From Gekko japonicus (lineage: Eukaryota): 64,000 nt of DNA. A program made the translations under genes and the position numbers. The stretch is from assembly GCF_001447785.1 (NCBI RefSeq), contig NW_015171503.1:124001-188000 (forward strand), read 5' to 3'. Below are positions 1 to 9,100 of the stretch, one piece after another. Each line of letters starts with the position of its first letter. The first letter of the stretch is position 1. The notes beneath the pieces were generated by a model that was given only the letters and a program-made list of their open reading frames with translations, did no database searches and was not told where the DNA came from.

Positions 1-639
1 CCTTCCATACAGAAGCCCCGACATTGGTGTGCTATAGTGGCAGCCACAGCACCAAAAAGGAAACCACATAAGCCTGTCCCAGTCTCAAAACTGCCTTAAG
101 TCATTCATTTGGGACATGATACTTTTAGTTCACAAATTTATTTAAGGGTGCAGAGATCTTCACATTTTAACTTTAATTGATCTCTAAGGTTATGTTTATA
201 TATTTCAGAACACATATCAACGAGGAATACCAGCCTACGACAACAAACAATCACTAAAATTAAAAATGTTGTCGTTTTACAAGACCCTTTTGAAAAAACA
301 AAAAGGCTTTAAAAATAATCCGTGCTCAATATTAAAGCCATGACTGCAAGATGAAGCACACAGGGAAAAAGCCCGCATTGTCACTTCCAGGGGGGAGGCT
401 TATTTATCACTTAAGAGTGTAGAGTGCCTTACAGGTGTAATCAATCTTCAGTGCAACAACTCCAGAATATGTTACTGCTGTTTCAGTTTTTTAAGTGGGC
501 AATCAAATTTTACTGACTTGTTCAAGGCCATGGACCGAGTCCATCGCTGAGGTAAACTTCCTAATCTTATGGAAATATAGTTACACCTTATTTGGGAGCT
601 GCAAAATCTTGTCTAGAAATAATGATACCTTCCCTACTC

Positions 640-870
640 TGACAGAATTGGCTCGTTTCCTTGGTAGAAGAGATACAATTTCTCATATTCTATTGGAATG
701 TCCTTTATATTCCAGCCTAAAATGTCATTTCATTTAACAGTGGTTGGTGAATTTTTATGATTCTAATCCAAGCAGGCTGGTCCCCTTCCTACTCTCTGAC
801 CAAAATCCTAATATAAATTTGGACATTGGGGGAAAAATATTTCTCTTGTCTTTTAGGAAACAGAGATTAC
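640..870 (+). mobile_element. Degenerate non-LTR retrotransposon ORF2 C-terminus
   Basis: DTISHILLECPLY resembles the HxxxxC half of a LINE C-terminal zinc knuckle. Confidence 0.4.
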
Positions 871-1069
871 AAATGAAATTTCAGGTTGTTATACAGCTCA
901 AGGCATTGAGCCATAGAGCTTTTATTGGATAAGGGAAACAAAAGAAATAATGGCAACTAAAGCTGCTGAGGTAAAATAAAAAGATTCACAACTTCAGTAG
1001 ATCTATGAATTAGGATACCAATCTAGAACTTCATTAGAACTTGTTGTCAGCTCAGAAATGTGTGTGTGT

Positions 1070-1175
1070 TATATGCAGTCAAGTTACTTTCAACTTACAG
1101 CAACCTCATGAATTAATGACCTCCAAAACATCCTATCATTGATAGCTGTGCTCAAGTGCTACAAACTGAAGGCTT
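1070..1175 (-). mobile_element. RTE/BovB-like LINE 3' end
   Basis: Tail similar to that carried by the 5S SINEs, ending in (AC)n on the minus strand. Confidence 0.45.
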
Positions 1176-1330
1176 GGAAATAGTCATTCGTAATGAGAAC
1201 ATTCACATTGGAACCTTTGAACATATTTTATTGGTTACATAACACTTTGTACATACTTAAAAGCAACTTTAATCAGAAATAATTGATTTTCTTTCCCAAC
1301 ACTAAATCAAGTTCAACATTTCCTTCTCAC

Positions 1331-1381
1331 CTTCAATGGACAAATCCAGTATATGATTGTCTTCCATACTTCTCAAGACCC
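1331..1381 (-). CDS. MEI1: MEI1 coding exon 3
   Basis: 51 bp; ttgtag| and |gtgaga; GVLRSMEDNHILDLSIE. Confidence 0.85.
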
Positions 1382-4300
1382 CTACAAGACAAACCCACAC
1401 ATAAACGTCATTTTTCTGCAATCAATATTGGGTCTAAGGAGATAGGAAACTTCCAACATCACCTTATTTCTTATTTCTGGCAACCCAGTGTTACATGACA
1501 TTACTGGTCAGCAGGCCAAATCATTACAGGAGGCAAAATACTCCCTGCATCAAATTCACCTAGTGCTACAGCACACAAGAGGTATACGGACCCTGTACAT
1601 TATATCACAACTGAGAGCCAGTGTGGTGTAGTGGTTAAGAGTGTCAGACTAGAATCTGGGAAACTGGGTTCGAATCCCCATTCATGCCATGGGAGCTTGC
1701 TGGGTGACCTTGGGCCAGTCACTCTCTCTCAAGGTTGTTATGAGGATAAAATGGAGGCAAGGAGAATGCTGTAAGCCATTTTGGGTCCCCATTGGGGAGA
1801 AAAGGCAAGGTACAAATGAATTAATTCCTAGACAGTACTGTCACGTCCAGGGTTTCCGCAAAAGTGGCATCATTTCATCACTAACACAAACACCCCAGAT
1901 CTCCTGCTGGTTACTAGGACAAGGTAGCAACCATATCAAGAAAAGACATGTGGGCTGTGTAACAAATACAAAAGTTGAAGTGAGATTTGCAGCATAATCC
2001 TATGCATTATCTACACAGAATTCCCACTACTTTCTCCGATATGGCTGCACTCTCAGATTCCTAGCTTCTGATTCTGATTCATAGTCTTAGGCACTTCACT
2101 ACTATTGCACAAAGCAGGGTTCACCCATGGGCGCCATGGCACCTGCTAGTACTTTGCCTCACACCCACTGAGCTTTTCAGAAAGTGGACTGGTCCACTAT
2201 AAGGCTGGACTTGTAATTGACTGCTCTCATTCAAATGAAAGGGTTGACCATGGCTGCAGTAGCAGTCACAACCACCCAGGTTTTCCATAGTCAGTGTGTG
2301 GTTCCTACTCTCTCTTTCAGGGTTTTTTTAAAATTCCCCAATCTCGGTCTCCCTTCTTCTCCCTGGCTCTCTCCCCCCCCCCCCAGCTTTCTTTTGTTTC
2401 TTTTTATTTCTCAATCTCTTTCCTCCTCCTCCCTCAGGCTTTCCTTCAATTCTTCTGCAATTGTTTTAGAAAGCAAGGAGGGAGAAATTTTCTTTTGGCT
2501 CTGCCTCCTGCAGCAGCTATTTGGGGTTTGGGTCCACCTTCTGTGGCAGTTATTTTGGGATGGCAATCACAACCTGTCAAGGCTAACTCTGTCCTGGTGT
2601 AGTAACATAACCTAGCTGGTTTTGGTTCAACAGTAATACACACACCATGAAGCAAAAAAGCTTTATTCAAGCAAAGGGCTTTTTAAAACAGATCATATAG
2701 TTCAGTGGCTATCTTAATGCATAAAAATAATAAAACTAAGCTAGCTATTTACTTAATTCTTACTGCAGAAATCCAGGTTCTTACATCTAAAGCATGGTGT
2801 TCCAAAGCATACAACCTTCAGGCAGTCAGGGAAGTAGGTGGAAGAAAACGGATAAGAAATGTTCTTTTCCGTCATTGGCTATATTTTATAGAAAGCCCCA
2901 GCCATAACCTCCTGACCTTCCCCAACCAATCATAGCCCTGTCTCCAAGGTATATTCTGGACAGGAACAAGCTTCCCCACTCCCTTTCCAGATTCACAGAT
3001 GAACTGTGTGAGCTAATTAACAGGCTGGGGGGGGGGGGTTAACAACTAACAGTTAGAGTACAGTGAAATGAGAGTTTAGATGGAATTTTCCTCTAATTTA
3101 TTTATTTATTGGGATTTCTATCCTGCCCTCCCCCAGAAGATGGTTTCTCTCTTGACATAACTCCCTCTCAAAATTCCAAAGGTGCCCACAGGCTCAAAAA
3201 GGTTGGGGACTCCTGCAGTAAAGTAAATCAGACCACAAAAAAAGGGAGAAGGAGCTATTGATGTAGGAGAATTCCAGCTTCCATATCTGAAAAATAATGA
3301 ACAGTTGGTACGGTCCAAAACCTATGATGTTAAGCAAGTGGGTAGGAGTTTCTCTTACCAAACAGAGTTGCTATGGAATGGACACATACACTTTCATCTT
3401 GAACAAGCAATGGGATGACAAGTGCTGCATGCCGAGTCAGAACATCATGGAGGCAGGAGAGCACATGATTCTTGCGTACTAACTGAAGATCAGAAAGTTT
3501 CATCAGTTATTTGTTTTGAAAAACAAGTACAGTAGTACTTAAATTCTGGTGTAAATTTTGATGCAGCCAGGAGCCAATAGTAATGTAATAGTCTAGACTC
3601 CAGGCTGCATGAAATTTTTATGACCAAGCAAGAAAGGTACAAAACGGAACTATTACCATAGGAAAGCATATCTGACCATGGCAGCAAATTATCCAGAATG
3701 AGGCCTGATTATTATCTTTGCCTTTGGTCAGAGACAATAATTACTAAAAAAATTATCTTGGTCAATTTATAAGAAGTTGTATTATAATGCCAGGAGTCAT
3801 TCTGCAATATCATTTGTTTGACCACTGAGGAAGGCCAATGGGCCGAAACGCAGACAAAGTAAATAATTGTTATTTTCTGTTATCACTGTACAATTTGATT
3901 CATAATTGAGGCTATCACCAGGGCCTATACTTGTTTTTAATTTACTTTGTAATAAATACATGTACATTTTTGTATATTTTTCAATCATTAATGTTTTTAA
4001 CTTGACTTACACAATTGATTTTGGTAGACCACAAAGTTCCCTTTTTGCTGAGTCTAAGTGGCTCATTCATTGTGCACTGTGACAACCACCACCAAACTAT
4101 CTCTACCTGCCATTAAACACAGCTGTGAAAGCTGACAAATGTAGACAAAAGTCAAGGACACCTACAGAAAGTCAGATGCTTTCCCAAAACAACGGGATAG
4201 AGGGCTGCAGCTTTATAAAAAAAAGATGAAAACAGAATGCTATTATATTATCTAAGAGCCCCTATTCTCCACTGTTTCCAAACATACCAATAAAAAGTGC

Positions 4301-4759
4301 TGACTTTTTAAAATCCTATTCAGGGCAGTAGCAGTATTCCCTCAGGGACCCCTTCCCTGAATTTTCAATTTCATTTACCACCTAACCTAATCCACTGGGG
4401 AAATTTCGAGAACGTGTCCCTGAGGTAACACTCCACACACACACACCCCGCAACCTCGAGTCACTTCTACTCAGAAGGCCCATTTTATTTAATGGGGCTT
4501 ACTCCCAAGGAAGTGTTCGTAGCAAGGACAATGGGAGGCGCAGAGCTGAAGAGCTGAAGAGAGCCAGCAAGAAACGGGCGCGACTGGATGTGCCTCGGAG
4601 AGGCTGGGAGCGAGCGCAGGGCGCACCCACCGAGGCGCCGTCCTCTTGCAGCGTCTCAAGGGCGCACGCCAAGCAAAGCGGCGACGGCAGGGACTCCAGA
4701 AGCCAGCGAGAATCATGGAGGGCGTGAAACCGCGGGCAGACCAGAGGCTCGACGGCCAT
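1331..4759 (-). CDS. MEI1: Meiosis inhibitor protein 1 (MEI1), 5' part: exons 4631-4759, 3359-3482, 1331-1381; gene continues left of the window
   Basis: Spliced translation MAVEPLVCPRFHALHDSRWLLESLPSPLCLACALETLQEDGAS|LVRKNHVLSCLHDVLTRHAALVIPLLVQDESVCVHSIATLFG|VLRSMEDNHILDLSIE resembles the remembered human MEI1 N-terminus (HDPRWLL..LCLACALE..SLVRKKH..). GT-AG sites and phases are consistent. Synteny with SNU13/XRCC6/DESI1. Confidence 0.9.
1614..1825 (+). mobile_element. tRNA-derived SINE
   Basis: A box TGGTGTAGTGG, B box GGTTCGAATCC, body shared with other copies in the window. Confidence 0.8.
3359..3482 (-). CDS. MEI1: MEI1 coding exon 2
   Basis: 124 bp; cttcag| acceptor and |gtaaga donor; LVRKNHVLSC...ATLF. 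Confidence 0.88.
4631..4759 (-). CDS. MEI1: MEI1 coding exon 1
   Basis: ATG at 4759; 43 codons; donor G|GTGGGT. An alternative donor/acceptor pair shifted 4 nt would also be in frame. Confidence 0.85.
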
Positions 4760-5621
4760 CTCCAGTATGCTTCCTTCCCCCACCGGCTCTTCGTCAACCC
4801 GCTCGGAGAGCAGCCACAGCTGCGGGTGGCAACAGACAACCGGCGGGAAAGACGCGCGCAGACGCACTGCCCGGAGGGAAAGAAAGGCGCCTGTTGATTG
4901 GCAGCTCTCAGTGCGCGGGGTTCCGAGCGGGCGGGGGTGTTCGCAAACGGAGAAAAGAAGGATTCTTGTACGGATCGCCTGCTCCTTCGACTCATTCGTA
5001 TGCCCTAGCGAGGCACCGTTCGCACTGCGATCGTAAGCGTGTTCATTTAGTGCTCCTGTTGCTCTTTAAGGCAGGAATCTTACGAACAATCAGTGCGATC
5101 CTAAACAGTTACCCCCTTCTAAATCCACGGGAGTCAGTGGGTGTAACTACGGCTTCACGGTCGGTTAGGAGTAAGCCCCGTCGAATACAATACTTTAAGA
5201 GTAAAGTATATTGATAGGAGTGCCTTGTGGGATTGTAAAAATATGTTTATTTAGGTTTCAAGGGACATCTACATGCACATACTGCCACATTTTCGGGAAG
5301 GACTTTTTACAGGTGAGAAGTATAAATGTGGCAAATGAAGCTACTACTTGCGAGCAAAGCTACAGCAACTCTGCCTCTTTCGTGGCTGTTAATAGCATAA
5401 GATCCCTACCGGGGTGGGGTTGGGGGTGGCACAGCCCGAGTAAGAATGTCTGGGGATGGACCTTTTGCATTTCATGGCCGCCTAACTGTGGGACAAATTT
5501 TTAGCAGGTCTACCTAGAAGTAACTCCCATTTTATTCAGTGGAATTTGCACTCAGGTAAGTGCTTTTATGATTAAAGTCTGTGCATTACATAGCGTGTAC
5601 ATACATTACGTGCAACATTAC

Positions 5622-5770
5622 GCCCTGGCTAGTATTTGGATGGGGGACCTCCAAGAATACCAGGATCGTGACGCGGAGGCAGGCAATGGCAAACCACCTC
5701 TGAACGTCTCGCCTTGAAAACCCTATGGGGTAGCCATTGCAGCTGTGACTTGACCGCACTTTCTACCACC
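5622..5770 (+). mobile_element. 5S rRNA-derived SINE (3' part) with RTE/BovB-like tail
   Basis: CCTGGCTAGTATTTGGATGGG 5S-like segment followed by GGCAATGGCAAACCAC...CCTTGAAAACCC tail. Confidence 0.7.
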
Positions 5771-6176
5771 AGTCCAAGAAAACGTCTTCCACAAACTAAC
5801 TAGTTTTTAAGTGTCACCAGCCGCTCTTTTAAAAAACTCCCCCCCCCCCCCCCCCCCGATTTTGCTACAGTGGACTAAACACGCCTGGCCTCTGGAATAT
5901 TTTCACTGTGGTCCCTGACGTGCTTTTCCTTGCGCAACCAGTAGAGGCCGCAATAAGTGCAAAGCGTTCGGATGCCAGAAGGGTCCGCTGTTCTCTTTAC
6001 ACTGAATTACCCTTGGCGATCATTTCCTGGGTTAGCTCAACCTCACTTCCGGCGGGAGCGAGTTTTCTCTCATGCGTTTCGGAGTGGTTTAAGTTTCTTC
6101 CTCCGTGAAGCTTTCAGGCTGAGAGGATAGATCGTTGGAAAAGAGCGTGGTCGCGCACTCGTTTCGCTCTGGAGCT

Positions 6177-9100
6177 ATGGTGAGGGCTGTTTCGTTTTCA
6201 GAGTTGTAACTTGGGTTGCTGAAGAACACGTGGTAGACAGGCATGTGGGGGACGTTGAACTGGGGTTGGTGACTGCTTAGGCTGTCGGTGGGGATGAATA
6301 TACAGAGCGGAGTGGGGAGGTATTGTAGGTCGACGAAGTATGCAGGGAGTAAATCTGGGCTTCCCCTGTAGTCATGCCTCCCGGTTACCTTTTCGGCCCA
6401 TTGTAGATTTAAGCACTAATCCACGTGCTCCTACCGTCAGAGCTCCCAGTGTTGACTTCGGTATTCTTTATCCCGTAGAAAACGTTTAGTTCTATAGGTG
6501 TAGTCTTGAGGTGTAAATGTGAGGGGGGAATCTCTTCCCTGCCCCCGGAAATGGAGGAAACGTAACAGGAATTCTCCACCCTTCCTCCATTTCCCGGGTT
6601 CTTCTGTTCCAGGTGTTCATTCCTGTAATAGTCTCACTGAGGGTGTAAAATGGGATGTACTAAAAAGGACAGGATTGCCCATTGGAAACAATGGGAGACG
6701 CTTGAAGGCCCATTGGAAATAATGGGAGCCAGGAATGNNNNNNNNNNNNNNNNNNNNNNNNNNNNNNNNNNNNNNNNNNNNNNNNNNNNNNNNNNNNNNN
6801 NNNNNNNNNNNNNNNNNNNNNNNNNNNNNNNNNNNNNNNNNNNNNNNNNNNNNNNNNNNNNNNNNNNNNNNNNNNNNNNNNNNNNNNNNNNNNNNNNNNN
6901 NNNNNNNNNNNNNNNNNNNNNNNNNNNNNNNNNNNNNNNNNNNNNNNNNNNNNNNNNNNNNNNNNNNNNNNNNNNNNNNNNNNNNNNNNNNNNNNNNNNN
7001 NNNNNNNNNNNNNNNNNNNNNNNNNNNNNNNNNNNNNNNNNNNNNNNNNNNNNNNNNNNNNNNNNNNNNNNNNNNNNNNNNNNNNNNNNNNNNNNNNNNN
7101 NNNNNNNNNNNNNNNNNNNNNNNNNNNNNNNNNNNNNNNNNNNNNNNNNNNNNNNNNNNNNNNNNNNNNNNNNNNNNNNNNNNNNNNNNNNNNNNNNNNN
7201 NNNNNNNNNNNNNNNNNNNNNNNNNNNNNNNNNNNNNNNNNNNNNNNNNNNNNNNNTGACAGGCCACGGAGTGGAGTGACAACCGCAGGGTGTAGCAGGA
7301 GTGTTCTGGGACTAGGATGATAGGCCACAGAGTGGAATGACAGCCCCAGGATGGAGCAGGAGTGTTCTGGAACTGGGAAGAGAGGCCCAAGAGTGGAATG
7401 ATAGCCCCAGGCTGGAGCAGGAGTGTTCAGGGACTGGGAAGAGAGGCCCAAGAGTGGAATGACAGCCTCTGGGGGTAGCAAGAGTGTTCTGGAACTGGGA
7501 TGACAGACCACAGAGTGGAATAACAGCCCCAATGTGGAGCAGGACTGTTCAGGGACTGGAATGAGAGGCTCGAGAGTGGAATGACAGCCCCAGGGTGGAG
7601 CAGGATTGTTCAGGGACTGGAATGAGAGACCACGGAGTGGAATGACAGCTCCAGGGTATAGCAGGTGTGTTCAGGGACTCAGGCAGAGTGTGACATGGAA
7701 AGGGAACATGGAGGTAAGGAAGGCATTGGAACTGGTAGAGGGACAAGGGCAAGATTTATAATTGACAGTAGAGGAGGAGGCTCATATCAACCTCATGAAT
7801 TTGTAAGGAAATAAAGGAGCTGAGATGGAGCTGATGTGGTGATAGCTACACACATTCCAGAAATATTTAAATGAAAAGTATTTCACTCTACAGTTTGCAA
7901 ATCCAGTTGCACAGAACTGCCTCTACCCCCAGGGTCTCTACTTCCTATCTGGGGCCTGTCATTCCAGGCCCATAAGACTCCTGCTACTTCCAGGGGCTGT
8001 CATTCCACTCGGTGGTCTCCCATACCATTACCTGAACACTCACCCCCAGGGGCTGTCATTCCATTCGGTGGTCTCGCATTCCAGTTCCAGACCACTCCTA
8101 CAGCATCCAGGGGCTGTCATTCCACTCGGTGGTCTCCCATACCATTACCTGAACACTCACCCCCAGGGGCTGTCATTCCATTCGGTGGTCTCGCATTCCA
8201 GTTCCAGACCACTCCTACAGCATCCAGGGGCTGTCATTCCAGTCCTAGAACACTCCTGCTACTCCTAGGGGCTGTCATTCCACTTTGTGGTCTCTCCTTC
8301 CAGTCCCAAAACAGTCCTGCTACCCCCCAGGGGCTGCCATTCCCCTCCGTGGTCTCTCATTCCAGTCCCAGAACACTCCTGCTCCACCCTGGGGCTGTCA
8401 TCCCACTGGGCCTCTCATCCCAGTCCCAGAACACTCCTGCTCCACCCTGGGGCTGTCATCCCACTGGGCCTCTCATCCCAGTCCCAGAACACTCCTGCTC
8501 CACCCTGGGGCTGTCATCCCACTGGGCCTCTCATCCCAGTCCCAGAACACTCCTGCTCCACCCTGGGGCTGTCATCCCACTGGGCCTCTCATCCCAGTCC
8601 CAGAACACTCCTGCTCCACCCTGGGGCTGTCATCCCACTGGGCCTCTCATCCCAGTCCCAGAACACTCCTGCTCCACCCTGGGGCTGTCATTGCACTCTG
8701 TGGTCTCTTATTCTAGTCCCTGAACAATCCTGCTCCACCCTGGGGCTTTCATTCCACTCTGGAGCCTCCCATCCCAGTCCCTGAACTCTCCTGCTACCTC
8801 CAGGGGCTGTAATTCCTTTTTGGGGCCTCTTATCCTAGTTCCAGAACACTCCTGCTACCCCCAGAGGCTTTCATTTCACTCCGTGGTCTCTCATCCCAGT
8901 CCCAGAACATTCCTGCGATCCCCAAAGGCTATCATTCCACTCTGNNNNNNNNNNNNNNNNNNNNNNNNNNNNNNNNNNNNNNNNNNNNNNNNNNNNNNNN
9001 NNNNNNNNNNNNNNNNNNNNNNNNNNNNNNNNNNNNNNNNNNNNNNNNNNNNNNNNNNNNNNNNNNNNNNNNNNNNNNNNNNNNNNNNNNNNNNNNNNNN

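Larger units (their letters stand above)
4560..6200. promoter_or_regulatory. CpG-rich divergent promoter region of MEI1 and SNU13
   Basis: High CpG density between the two start codons. CCAAT on the minus strand (gattgg ~4896), GC box ~4928, ETS-like CACTTCCGG ~6044. Confidence 0.7.

Noticed and set aside
1-1330. MEI1 exon 4
   Set aside because: No matching exon found by eye; presumed to be outside the window
1614-1685. tRNA gene
   Set aside because: A/B boxes continue into a SINE body shared by many copies; no proper acceptor stem
4588-5214. 208-aa plus-strand ORF and neighbours
   Set aside because: GC-rich antisense overlap of MEI1 exon 1 and its promoter; no recognisable protein
6617-7532. 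Long ORFs of 174-290 aa in the ORF track
   Set aside because: They are open only because they run through N gaps
8285-8784. Repetitive ORFs in three frames
   Set aside because: Translation of a stop-free minisatellite; no splice or domain support
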